This document shows, piece after piece, positions 16,990-26,520 of a DNA stretch of 64,000 nt. Source of the stretch: a virus; the IMG/VR virus record IMGVR_UViG_3300007735_000802; one strand, written 5' to 3'. The position numbers were made by a program, and so were the translations under genes. Position 1 is the stretch's first letter; each line of letters starts with the position of its first letter. The notes below the pieces were generated by a model, which saw nothing but the letters and a program-made list of their open reading frames with translations, was not told where the DNA came from and made no database searches.

Positions 16990-17035
16990 GGAGATGAGTA
17001 ACCCTCATCTCCTTTTTTATTTTTTGTTGATAGTA
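16990..17035 (+). terminator. intrinsic terminator followed by GTTGATAGTA
   Basis: GGAGATGAG/CTCATCTCC plus T-run; motif at 17026-17035. Confidence 0.8.
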
Positions 17036-17048
17036 CCCCCTCCCCAAC

Positions 17049-17079
17049 AAAAAAAGAAAAGGGAGTCTTTCGACTCCCT
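17049..17079 (-). terminator. intrinsic terminator
   Basis: GGGAGTC-GAAA-GACTCCC followed by a T-run on the minus strand. Confidence 0.8.
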
Positions 17080-17126
17080 AATCTTCTCCCTTATTCCTTG
17101 ACCATGGTAAAGTTTATTTATAAAAA

Positions 17127-17252
17127 TTAATTATTCCATGGTAGTTTTTTGTTTACCCAATTCCATAGAGGAACACCTACCAATGCTCCTGCTGTAAATA
17201 CAACCAGAGTATAAAAAATAGTTCCGAGTGTGCTTGAGAATAATAGTTCCAT
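17127..17252 (-). CDS. 41-aa membrane peptide
   Basis: MELLFSSTLGTIFYTLVVFTAGALVGVPLWNWVNKKLPWNN; GGAGG RBS. Confidence 0.65.
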   Translation of the reverse strand: MELLFSSTLGTIFYTLVVFTAGALVGVPLWNWVNKKLPWNN

Positions 17253-17285
17253 ATAAACCTCCATGGTTATATATAAGATGGGCGA

Positions 17286-17474
17286 ATGAAAAAAGATAAG
17301 TGCTTTGCCAGAAACCTTAGAGCAATACTGAATGCCGAAGATTCAGCAGAATTGATTCGCACTCCACCATTTCTAGAATATCTTAAATTTGAGTCAAAAA
17401 AGAGGAAATTAGATCCTGCTTTATTTTTCACACATCCAGAAAAATTCATAAGAGCAATCTATAAAAAACACTAG
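17286..17474 (+). CDS. hypothetical basic protein
   Basis: ORF followed by a terminator-like hairpin at 17507-17540. Confidence 0.5.
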   Translation: MKKDKCFARNLRAILNAEDSAELIRTPPFLEYLKFESKKRKLDPALFFTHPEKFIRAIYKKH

Positions 17475-17552
17475 TGCCGCAGGGCTTTCGCTACCTTAAG
17501 GGACTAGGGGGGGATCAACGGGTATGATCCCCCCAATTTTATAAATACAGAT

Positions 17553-17711
17553 ATGAAAGACTTTAAGCAAATCTTATCTGAAACTATTCGTAAATCTGGA
17601 GATGAGTATACAATACTCAGCAAAAAAGGTAAGAAACTTGGAAAGTATAAAAGCAAAGAAGCAGCATTAAAGAGATTAAGACAAATAGAATGGTTTAAGA
17701 GGCATAAATGA
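17553..17711 (+). CDS. small basic protein with capsid-targeting-like leader
   Basis: MKDFKQILSETIRK...KRLRQIEWFKRHK; TATAAATA at 17540-17547. Confidence 0.7.
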   Translation: MKDFKQILSETIRKSGDEYTILSKKGKKLGKYKSKEAALKRLRQIEWFKRHK

Positions 17712-18478
17712 AAACATTTAAAACATATTTGGAAGAAAGAAAATTGGCAACACTTGCAGCACTTGGTCTTGCTGGAGCAGCGATGGCAGCACCACCAAAA
17801 CCAGAAGCAACACAAGCAATGGTTGACAAAATGAAAGAAAAAGAAGGTTTCAGACCAAAGGCAGAAATCGATAAGGATGTAAAAGGTCAAAAAAGAGTTG
17901 TGGTTGGTTATGGAACAACTGACACATACCCAGATACTGGAAAACCAATCAAAATTGGTGATACACTAACACCAGAACAAGGTGAGGAACAAATAAAAGC
18001 ATTTTTCAATAAAATGACACCACAACTTGAAAAGATTCCAGACTGGGATAATATGGATGCTGGAAAACAAGCAGCAATTATGAGTTTTGCTTATAATGTT
18101 GGACCTGGTTTCTATAAGTCAAAAGGATTTGAAACAATTTCTGGGCATCTAGAAAGAAAAGAGTGGGATAAAGTTCCAGATGCATTGAAACTATACAACA
18201 AAGCGGGGGGAAAGGTTCTTGGTGGTCTTGTCAAAAGAAGAGAAGAAGAAGGAAAGATGTGGTCGGAAGGACTTCCAACACAAACTCAAAAACAAGAAGC
18301 ACCAAAGACAGAACCAGCTGCACAAAAACCAACAGGTGACTACGAAGTAAAATCGGGTGATACACTCAGTGATATTGCAAAAAGACATGGTAAGAGTTTG
18401 CAAGATATAATAAAATCAAATCCACAGATCAAAGATCCAAATACAATCAAACCCGGTCAAAAAGTAAAAGTTAATTAA
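17708..18478 (+). CDS. GH24 lysozyme with C-terminal LysM
   Basis: EGF..., GYG, SFAYNVG, YNKAGGKVLGGLVKRREEE; LysM YEVKSGDTLSDIAKRHG. Confidence 0.9.
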   Translation: MKTFKTYLEERKLATLAALGLAGAAMAAPPKPEATQAMVDKMKEKEGFRPKAEIDKDVKGQKRVVVGYGTTDTYPDTGKPIKIGDTLTPEQGEEQIKAFFNKMTPQLEKIPDWDNMDAGKQAAIMSFAYNVGPGFYKSKGFETISGHLERKEWDKVPDALKLYNKAGGKVLGGLVKRREEEGKMWSEGLPTQTQKQEAPKTEPAAQKPTGDYEVKSGDTLSDIAKRHGKSLQDIIKSNPQIKDPNTIKPGQKVKVN

Positions 18479-18479
18479 T

Positions 18480-19028
18480 ATGCATAAAGAAGTATTTCAA
18501 TCTCTACACGAATCAATCAGGAAAAGAAATACTCCGGATCATTATGTTATTGATTCATCTCCCAGAAGGGATGTAATTCATCGTGGATATTTGCGAGGAG
18601 ATGTTGAGTTTCCTATGAGATATGATTTTATTCCTGATGGTTCTACATATAAAAATTCAGGAAGACATGTATATCACTTTAGAGATGGCGATAATTCTGG
18701 TGTTATAGAAATTATGCACACATATTCACCAACGAGTGATGGACATGAGACTACTAGTGTGCTTTCTTTTGAAAAATTAAGTGGATCTCTTCCAGAAATA
18801 AACATTCATAGACTTTTAATTCCAACTCTTAATCACCATATCAAATCACACGATCCGGATATTATCAAATTTTCAGATGGAATTCCATTCCCCGATGACA
18901 TGATAAGTAGACTTGGATCTAAATTTGATAATTTTGAAAATAAAATGGTAAAGAAAAAAATAGATCCAAAAATTACCCGAATATTATCTCACATCAAAAA
19001 TAAACTAAATACTACTAAGGAGAATTAA
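18480..19028 (+). CDS. hypothetical late protein
   Basis: ORF in the late operon. Confidence 0.6.
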   Translation: MHKEVFQSLHESIRKRNTPDHYVIDSSPRRDVIHRGYLRGDVEFPMRYDFIPDGSTYKNSGRHVYHFRDGDNSGVIEIMHTYSPTSDGHETTSVLSFEKLSGSLPEINIHRLLIPTLNHHIKSHDPDIIKFSDGIPFPDDMISRLGSKFDNFENKMVKKKIDPKITRILSHIKNKLNTTKEN

Positions 19029-19029
19029 T

Positions 19030-19305
19030 ATGCCATTAGGAGGACAAGATCCATTTATATCTGGACCAAAGAGATCTTTCGAAAGATCGATGTCTGATAA
19101 ACAACGAATTCGAAGTGGTGAATTTGGAAGAGTAGATCCTAATTATTCTCCAACACAAAGATCAAGAGAAAGAACCATTGGTCTTAAAAGAGAAATATTA
19201 TCTGGTCAAAAATTTGCAGGAAATGCCAGAGAAAATTACGCAAGAACAAATCAAAAATCAATTCAAGGTTTTATGGAAAGAATGATTAGACAAAGGGGTC
19301 AATAA
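19030..19305 (+). CDS. hypothetical basic protein
   Basis: AAGGAG RBS. Confidence 0.6.
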   Translation: MPLGGQDPFISGPKRSFERSMSDKQRIRSGEFGRVDPNYSPTQRSRERTIGLKREILSGQKFAGNARENYARTNQKSIQGFMERMIRQRGQ

Positions 19306-19306
19306 T

Positions 19307-19606
19307 ATGCCAGTATATGGATTTATTTGTGATGGTTGTGAACACTCGTTTGACGAATTATTAAGTATAGAGGAAAGAGATAATCCACTTTCTAAAAAAT
19401 GTCCAAAGTGCAATAAAAAGAAAGTAAGAAGATCATATGATTCTTTTTCACAACCAATTGGTTCTGATACCACACTTACACCAAACAAAGCAACTGGTGG
19501 AAGATGGAATGAACTTATGGGTAGAATGAAAAAGGGATTAGCAAAAAGATATCACGAAAATCTAGACACCGCTACAAGTAGAAATGGAAGATACTGGAAA
19601 GGCTAA
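19307..19606 (+). CDS. FmdB-family zinc-ribbon protein
   Basis: MPVYGFICDGCEHSF...CPKC. Confidence 0.8.
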   Translation: MPVYGFICDGCEHSFDELLSIEERDNPLSKKCPKCNKKKVRRSYDSFSQPIGSDTTLTPNKATGGRWNELMGRMKKGLAKRYHENLDTATSRNGRYWKG

Positions 19607-19607
19607 C

Positions 19608-20720
19608 ATGCTCAGAAAAATATACGAAAGTCAACTTAAAAATTCATACAGTAAATTGAATGAAGCAAATATTGTAAGATCAACAGCACCAAGTATCAAA
19701 AGACTACCAACATCTGGTGGAAAATTGCAAGCTGCTCAAGACGCTGCTGATCTTGCGAGTCTTGGACTCGCAGCAGGAGCATTGGGAACAGCAGCAACTG
19801 GAATTGGCGTACCAGCATCTCCATTCTTGGAAATAGGATCAAGCGCAATAGATTTAGTAAATGCAGCTACATATGGTGGAAGAGCAATTGGTTCTTTTGC
19901 CTCTGGTGATTATGGAACAGGAATGCAGCATTTAGGATCTGCTGGTTTGAGAACAGCAGCAGCAATACCATATGTCGGTGATGTTGCACAACCAGTTGCA
20001 GCGACATCAGCAGCAACAAGATTGGGTCCAAAGGCAGCTGAACTTGGATTAGGGATGATGGCAAAAGGATCAAAAGCGGGTCCAACTTTGAGAACTGGTG
20101 AAAGAGTGACAGATGTTGCAGCACAACTAATGAAAAGAAGATCTGCACAAAAAGCAGGAACACAATCAACAGAACTTGCAGTCAAGGAAATTCCTTGGGC
20201 TAAAAGAATTCCAAGATCAGGAGAACCAATAGGAACTCAATCTCCTGTATCTGGAACAAAATCAATTGTTAGATCGGGTTTAGAAAAAGCAAGAAGATAT
20301 GGTCCACCAGCAGTCGTTGCAGCAGAAATAGCAAGAAGAGCATTACAACCAGAGAATGAGGCAGAGGTTCCAGAATACAAAGGAATTCCATCAAGTGCAA
20401 ATATAGCACAACTTCCAGTTGGTATGTTCGAACCAGGACAAGTTAGTTCTTATGGAAAATCGATTGGTAAAGGATCTCAAGATATAGATGATAGATTTAC
20501 CACTCCACATTTCTACAGAACACCTGTTTCTATGGCAACTTTATTCCGCAGACCAGTAACTGAAGAAAATGTGTCATCTTCAGAAAAAGAATCACCACTT
20601 TATTCTAAAGTTAAAAAATATGTCTCACATTATCTAAAATCTCAAAGTGGTCAATTGTTGAAGAAAAGATTAGAAGAAATTGGCGAAAAGAACAAATTAA
20701 AAACAAAAAAAGATAGTTGA
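19608..20720 (+). CDS. Gly/Ala-rich putative ejected virion protein
   Basis: Hydrophobic Gly/Ala tract with AAIPYVGD; KLNEA and VTEE possible cleavage sites. Confidence 0.55.
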   Translation: MLRKIYESQLKNSYSKLNEANIVRSTAPSIKRLPTSGGKLQAAQDAADLASLGLAAGALGTAATGIGVPASPFLEIGSSAIDLVNAATYGGRAIGSFASGDYGTGMQHLGSAGLRTAAAIPYVGDVAQPVAATSAATRLGPKAAELGLGMMAKGSKAGPTLRTGERVTDVAAQLMKRRSAQKAGTQSTELAVKEIPWAKRIPRSGEPIGTQSPVSGTKSIVRSGLEKARRYGPPAVVAAEIARRALQPENEAEVPEYKGIPSSANIAQLPVGMFEPGQVSSYGKSIGKGSQDIDDRFTTPHFYRTPVSMATLFRRPVTEENVSSSEKESPLYSKVKKYVSHYLKSQSGQLLKKRLEEIGEKNKLKTKKDS

Positions 20721-20750
20721 CTGAAAAATTAAAGATGTTACAATATGGTT

Positions 20751-21410
20751 GTGATTGGAAATTTTAAACATAATCTATATCAGTTTCCAGAAATAGAAAT
20801 TGAACAAAAAGAAATAAACGGACTTCGGGTGTATTCAACACCCGAAGGTATTTTTCCTTCTGTAACCACCGTTGTAGGGTACGAAAAACAAAAACAATTT
20901 GCCGAATGGAGAAAAAAGAACTCCAAAGAATCACAGAGAGTGTGTGATCGTGGTACTGCTCTACATTCCAAGATAGAATCTTATCTATTAAATGAAGAAA
21001 TTATCATGAACAATGATGATGAATTGTTTAATCTGATAAAAAAAGAAGTAGATAATATTAATAATGTTCGTGCGTGTGAACAAATGCTATGGGGTAAGAT
21101 AACTGGTCTTGCTGGTAGAGTAGACTGTATTGCAGAATATAAAAGTGAATTGTCAGTAATTGACTTTAAAGCAAGCACATATCCAAAGAAAAAAATAGAC
21201 ATAGAAAATTACTTTTGCCAAGCAGCAGCATATTCGTTGTTATGGCAGGAAAGAACCGGAGAATCGGTTCCAAATATTGTCATTTTGATTGCGAATGAGC
21301 AAGGATTTGTACAAGTCTACAAAGAAAAGGTAATCAACTATATAGATTCTCTAAAAAAATCTATTGATACATATAAAAAAGAGGTAAATTTCGATGGCAT
21401 TATCATTTAA
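20751..21410 (+). CDS. PD-(D/E)XK exonuclease (Cas4/lambda-exo-like)
   Basis: PSVTTV, RGTALH, AGRVDC, IDFK, QAAAY; GTG 20751 lies 6 nt after TTGACT-16-TACAAT. Confidence 0.85.
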   Translation: MIGNFKHNLYQFPEIEIEQKEINGLRVYSTPEGIFPSVTTVVGYEKQKQFAEWRKKNSKESQRVCDRGTALHSKIESYLLNEEIIMNNDDELFNLIKKEVDNINNVRACEQMLWGKITGLAGRVDCIAEYKSELSVIDFKASTYPKKKIDIENYFCQAAAYSLLWQERTGESVPNIVILIANEQGFVQVYKEKVINYIDSLKKSIDTYKKEVNFDGIII

Positions 21411-21780
21411 TGATGTTAATAAAAGAAACAGTTTTACATGGATAAAGTGCAATGATGATGCAAAATCAGTGTTTTTTCGAAACACCTTTGTAACAAAGTA
21501 TGGTGGAGAGTTTGTAAAAAATGGTAGATATTGGGAATGGAAACCAAAGCAAGAGGAAATGATTGAACTTAATCAATCAATTATAGAAGAACCAGTTTCA
21601 GAAAATGAACCAACAAAGACTTGGTCATTTAAAAATCCAAATGGTGATATTGTAAAAACTCAAAATTTACAAGAATTTTGCAAAGAAAATAATTTAACAA
21701 GATCCAGTCTCTACGAAGTAATTTCTGGCAAAAGACAGAACCATAAAGGGTATTCTTTTATAGAAATAACCAAAGAATAA
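21394..21780 (+). CDS. putative DNA-binding protein (NUMOD/HTH-like C-terminus)
   Basis: NLQEFCKENNL...ISGKRQNHKGY. Confidence 0.6.
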   Translation: MALSFNDVNKRNSFTWIKCNDDAKSVFFRNTFVTKYGGEFVKNGRYWEWKPKQEEMIELNQSIIEEPVSENEPTKTWSFKNPNGDIVKTQNLQEFCKENNLTRSSLYEVISGKRQNHKGYSFIEITKE

Positions 21781-21782
21781 CT

Positions 21783-21822
21783 AAAAACCCACCGAAAGGT
21801 GGGTTTTTTTATGTTATAAATA
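21783..21822 (+). promoter_or_regulatory. terminator plus T4-type late promoter
   Basis: CCCACC-GAAA-GGTGGG-T7; TATAAATA 21815-21822, ATG 6 nt downstream. Confidence 0.8.
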
Positions 21823-21828
21823 TTCAAT

Positions 21829-24800
21829 ATGGATAGACAATCAGATCACATTGTTATTACTTGGGGACGATTTCAACCACCTACATCTGGTCATCATGCG
21901 ATGGTGCAGACAGTAAAAGATTTGGCAGATAAGCATGGTGCTGATCATGCAGTATTTACATTTCAGACACATGGAGATGCAAAAAATCCACTACCTCCAG
22001 ATGTAAAAGAAAAGCACATGAGGGTGATTCTTGGTACTGACAATGTGTTCCAACATGAGGATATTAAAACTCCAGGTGATGTATTTCAATTATTACATGA
22101 CAAGGGATATAAGAAAATAACTGTCGTTGCTGGTGGTGCAAGAGCACAGGAATACGAAGATCAATTCAAAAAATATTTTGGACAACGAACAACAAGCAAA
22201 AAAACAGGAAGAGTTTTAGATCTGACGAATATTCATCGTGATAATTTTAAAGTACACGCAATAGAAAGAGATGCAGATTCCGATCAAGGAGAAGTTGGTA
22301 TAGAGTCCCACATGATTGATCCAAGAACAAACAAAATGCGCTTGCCTTTTGTTTCTGGATCAAGAATGAGAGAAGCAGCAGTAAACGACAGTATTCATGC
22401 TTTTATGTCCATGCTTCCTCCACATGTAACTATTCAACAAGGAAAAGCACTACAAAAAGATTTAAAGTCTTTTGGAAAAAAGAACAAATTACAAGAAGAA
22501 GTTTCAGTAAAGACAAGAATAAAACTCAGCAGAGCAGCAAGAAGAACCGCACCAAGAAGAAAAATAGTAAGAAGAATGAGAGAGAAGAGAAGAAAGAATC
22601 TTCCTCAATTAAAGAAAAGAGCGGTAAGTTTAATTCGAAATGCTCTTCGCGAAAGAGTGTTCAAAGGAAACTGGAAAAATCTTCCACTTTCATCAAGAGC
22701 AAATATAGACAAACAAATAAACAGAAATCCAAAATTGATAACAACTATGGTAAGAAAAATTCTTCCAAAGGTAATGAAGGGAGAATCAGAAAGATTAAAA
22801 AATCTCAGTAAAAAGAATTTGAAGGAATCTATGAATCCAGTATTAAATAACTTTTTCTCCAATTATATAAGTGAAGCAAAAACTCCAAGGAGAGCACCAA
22901 AGACTGGAGAAGAGAAGTTAAAAAGAAAAGCACAAAACAGAAATAATCAACGAACACATAGATCCCGTGAAAGTAATGCAATCAAATCTGGCGATGTCAA
23001 AAACAAAGTAATGGTTGTAAAGAACAATAAAACGGGAAGAATTGAAATTATCGATAAAGATTCATATGATAAATCTGTACACGAAATTAAAGTAGATGCA
23101 AAAAATGCAACAGTAGGTGCAGTACAAAAGTTTTTAAACGACAAAGCATTCGCAAATACAGACACATCAATTGCACTATTTGGTAAAGTCGCCAAGGGTG
23201 CTGGTGGTGCTAAAGAAGGTAAAACTAAAAAATCAGAAGAACCAAAAAAGAAAACTACATCAGAAAAACCAAAGAAAGAAACCAAAGCAGTAGAACCAGT
23301 TCAACAATTAACTCCTGCTACTAAGAAAGCATCTAAAGCAGATACATTTCCAACATCACACAACGCAACAGATATGGAATCTGGCATAGTATATGCAATG
23401 AACTCCATGCTTGGTCTTTCTCCAGAACAAATGGTAGAAAAAGGACTTATCGATAGAAAAGACCTTGAAGCAGCAATGAAAAATTCTCATGAATCATTTT
23501 TGCCTTCATGTCAAAGAGCAGCACAACAAATATTAAAACAATACGGTAGAGTCTATGTAAAACACACTGGTAGACTGAAAAAAGAAACCAAACTCACCAA
23601 AGAAGCAAAAGACAATGGTGTAGTTGACACTACACCAAAATCAGATTTGATTTTGGTAGATGATAAAGGAGATGTTGTTGCCGGATTATCACAAAAGATC
23701 GGAGAATCACAACTCAGTTCTGGTGGTCCATCAGAAACAATTACAAATTTGAAATGGGCAATGGGACAAGTTGGTGATAAGATGTTGCCAAGTTCAAAGA
23801 AACAAATAGAGCAATTTATAAAATTTTTTGAAACAGAACTGAGTGGAAATCCAAGAACAAAGTCAGGACCAGTTTCACTATATCAAAAAGATGGAAAACG
23901 AGGAGGAGAAGACAAAGAAGTTGCAAGAAGAGAAAATCTTCACGACAAGGCAACTGAAATGTTAAACTCTGTACTAAACGGAGACAAAAAACTTGCTTCA
24001 TCATTTGTTTTTGCATTAATGACTGGAATGAGTAAGTTTGAACAAGGAAGTTCTGCAATTGCAACACATATATTCAGTGCAAATCGCGATGGTACAAATT
24101 CTAAATTGACACCAATCACAACAGACTATTGTGAAAAGATTCTTGATAAAGTTAAGTTTCAGATGAAATTTAAATCATCTGCTGTTGAAACTACGGATGT
24201 TAGAAAGAAATGGGAAGAGTTCAAGGAGAGAAAAAGAAAACTTGGAGAAAAGGTAACTCTCGAAGAAGACTTTAGACCATACTCATTTAGAAGTGTAATT
24301 CGTGCATATCTAACAGAAAATTTTCTATTGACTGGAAATAAATTAATCAAACTTTTGATTGAAAAATCAGAAAAGATTGAAGATATGGTACAGGAACCAA
24401 AAACACCAGAAGAAGCAGTTCAATATTTAAAAGATGCATTTGAATATATTGGTGATGATGGATTTAAACTCATGCAGTTCTTCGAAGATACTATTGATTT
24501 TGGAATTACAGAACCAGTTATTAACTGGCCAGAATATGCAAATCAACCATCATCAATTACAAATAAAGTTTATGTAAATGGAAAAGAGTTTGTAATTCCA
24601 GTAGAGGAACCATACAACTACGATGAGTCTGGAAGAATGAATTCTCCTTTGTCAGAAGAAAGAAATTATCGTAAAGAATATGATAATTACCATTCAAAAC
24701 CAGAACAAAGAAAGAATCGTTCGAAGAGAGTCCTTGCTCGCAGACTCATGATCAAACTCGGTAGAGTCAAGAAAGGTGATGGTAAGGATGTTGATCACAA

Positions 24801-24879
24801 GGATGGCAATCCAAGAAACAATGGAAAGCACAATTTGAGAGTCAGATCTAAATCTGAGAATAGAGCAGACAATGATTAA
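21829..24879 (+). CDS. multidomain protein: HxGH cytidylyltransferase-like, central nuclease-like, C-terminal HNH
   Basis: WGRFQPPTSGH, SGSRMR; TPKSDL...LSQK; DVDHKDGNPRNN...NLRV...NR. Confidence 0.8.
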   Translation: MDRQSDHIVITWGRFQPPTSGHHAMVQTVKDLADKHGADHAVFTFQTHGDAKNPLPPDVKEKHMRVILGTDNVFQHEDIKTPGDVFQLLHDKGYKKITVVAGGARAQEYEDQFKKYFGQRTTSKKTGRVLDLTNIHRDNFKVHAIERDADSDQGEVGIESHMIDPRTNKMRLPFVSGSRMREAAVNDSIHAFMSMLPPHVTIQQGKALQKDLKSFGKKNKLQEEVSVKTRIKLSRAARRTAPRRKIVRRMREKRRKNLPQLKKRAVSLIRNALRERVFKGNWKNLPLSSRANIDKQINRNPKLITTMVRKILPKVMKGESERLKNLSKKNLKESMNPVLNNFFSNYISEAKTPRRAPKTGEEKLKRKAQNRNNQRTHRSRESNAIKSGDVKNKVMVVKNNKTGRIEIIDKDSYDKSVHEIKVDAKNATVGAVQKFLNDKAFANTDTSIALFGKVAKGAGGAKEGKTKKSEEPKKKTTSEKPKKETKAVEPVQQLTPATKKASKADTFPTSHNATDMESGIVYAMNSMLGLSPEQMVEKGLIDRKDLEAAMKNSHESFLPSCQRAAQQILKQYGRVYVKHTGRLKKETKLTKEAKDNGVVDTTPKSDLILVDDKGDVVAGLSQKIGESQLSSGGPSETITNLKWAMGQVGDKMLPSSKKQIEQFIKFFETELSGNPRTKSGPVSLYQKDGKRGGEDKEVARRENLHDKATEMLNSVLNGDKKLASSFVFALMTGMSKFEQGSSAIATHIFSANRDGTNSKLTPITTDYCEKILDKVKFQMKFKSSAVETTDVRKKWEEFKERKRKLGEKVTLEEDFRPYSFRSVIRAYLTENFLLTGNKLIKLLIEKSEKIEDMVQEPKTPEEAVQYLKDAFEYIGDDGFKLMQFFEDTIDFGITEPVINWPEYANQPSSITNKVYVNGKEFVIPVEEPYNYDESGRMNSPLSEERNYRKEYDNYHSKPEQRKNRSKRVLARRLMIKLGRVKKGDGKDVDHKDGNPRNNGKHNLRVRSKSENRADND

Positions 24880-26506
24880 TAGACAACTAATAGAAAAGTG
24901 GACTCAAAAGTATAAGAAATCAATCGATTGCTCAAATCCAAAAGGTTTCAGTCAACGAGCACATTGCCAAGGTCGTAAAAAGAAATTACATGAAGATCTT
25001 CGAAGATGGTTCAAAGAAAAGTGGACTGCACAAGACGGATCCGAATGTGGTGATTATAAAGGTCGTGGTCGTGTAAAGTGTCGTCCATCTCGTCGTGTTT
25101 CTGAAAAGAGTCCGCAGACCTGGGGTGAAATGTCTAAAGAGGAAAAGAAAAAGGCAGTAAGAAAGAAACAAGAAGCACATCGTAAGGGAAAGCAGTGGAG
25201 TTCACATAAGACTGGAAAGACTTGGGATGGACCAAAGAATAAATATAAGCCTGGAAAGAAAAAAATGGATGAATCATACCTAGTCGAAGATGATGTTATT
25301 GCAACTGGAGAAAATCCAGCAGAATACAGAAAAAGATTGTTAAGAACAATTCAATCTGGTGATATTTCATCAATGGATAATCATGACAGAGTTCATGGTG
25401 CTTTAGCATATATCGATTCTATAAAAGATCAATATACTGGTAGAGATAGAAATATAAATTTAGTTGTAAGAGCACATGGAAATAAAAGTGGAGGAGGAAC
25501 TGTTGGATATATGATTCATTCTATAGGCGGAAAAGGAAAGCACGCAACGGCAATTCCAACTGCAATGGGTGGATCACATAAACAAACTGTAGAGTTACCA
25601 ATAAGAGAAATACAGGGACTACAAATATCATCATACCCCAATCTAAAACCAGAACATAGAAGTGTTTTGGCAAGATTAATGGACTTCAGAGGATTACAAG
25701 AAATGAAAGAATACATCAAACAACTATTTTTAGAGCGTAGACAGAACAAAAATTGTGGATGTGATGAACTCACAGAAGCAAAAGAAAAAAAACCATATAA
25801 AGGTTTCAAGAAAGGAAAGAATCATCCAGAGGGTGGTCTTTCCCGTGCTGAAGCCAAACGCCAAGGAATTCATGCTGGTATAGAAACCAAGGATGAAGCA
25901 AAGCGTAAGGGTGGATTTGGTAAACTTTCATCAAAAACACAAAAGCGTAGAAAGTCATTTTGTGCTCGTATGTGTGGAATGAAGAAAAGAAGAACCAGTT
26001 CAAAAACTGCAAGAGATCCAAAGAGCAAGATCAATGCTGCTCTTCGCGTCTGGGGTTGTCGTTGTGGAACAAATGAGTCATATGAAAATAATGACAATAT
26101 CATTTCGGAAAATTATCTCACAGAAGCAAATAAACCAACAGATTCAAAGCTTTGGTCAAAGGCAAAAGCACTTGCCAGAAGAAAGTTTAAAGTATATCCA
26201 TCCGCATATGCAAATGCATGGGCTGCTAAATGGTACAAGAAACATGGTGGTGGATGGAGAAAAACTGTCTCTGAGGAAGTGGTAAATGCAGAGCATAAAG
26301 GAACTATGACTGCAAAAGAAATAAAAAGAAGAGATGAAATTGCAAAAACTGCAAAAAATATAGTTGCAATTAAACCCGGAGATACAGATAAAAATGCCAG
26401 ATTCCGATACGCAACTTACATAGTCCTTAATCGTAGAAAGAAAGAAGGAAAAGGTAAGAAGGAAGAGACTGAGAGAAAGAAGAAGACAAAGAAAAAGTCT
26501 AAATAA
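24872..26506 (+). CDS. basic modular virion protein (concatenated T4-like modules)
   Basis: SIDCSNPKGFSQRAHC; LRRWFKEKW; RRKSFCARM; KFKVYPSAYANAWAAKWYK. Confidence 0.75.
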   Translation: MINRQLIEKWTQKYKKSIDCSNPKGFSQRAHCQGRKKKLHEDLRRWFKEKWTAQDGSECGDYKGRGRVKCRPSRRVSEKSPQTWGEMSKEEKKKAVRKKQEAHRKGKQWSSHKTGKTWDGPKNKYKPGKKKMDESYLVEDDVIATGENPAEYRKRLLRTIQSGDISSMDNHDRVHGALAYIDSIKDQYTGRDRNINLVVRAHGNKSGGGTVGYMIHSIGGKGKHATAIPTAMGGSHKQTVELPIREIQGLQISSYPNLKPEHRSVLARLMDFRGLQEMKEYIKQLFLERRQNKNCGCDELTEAKEKKPYKGFKKGKNHPEGGLSRAEAKRQGIHAGIETKDEAKRKGGFGKLSSKTQKRRKSFCARMCGMKKRRTSSKTARDPKSKINAALRVWGCRCGTNESYENNDNIISENYLTEANKPTDSKLWSKAKALARRKFKVYPSAYANAWAAKWYKKHGGGWRKTVSEEVVNAEHKGTMTAKEIKRRDEIAKTAKNIVAIKPGDTDKNARFRYATYIVLNRRKKEGKGKKEETERKKKTKKKSK

Positions 26507-26520
26507 CTAAAGAGGGTAAT

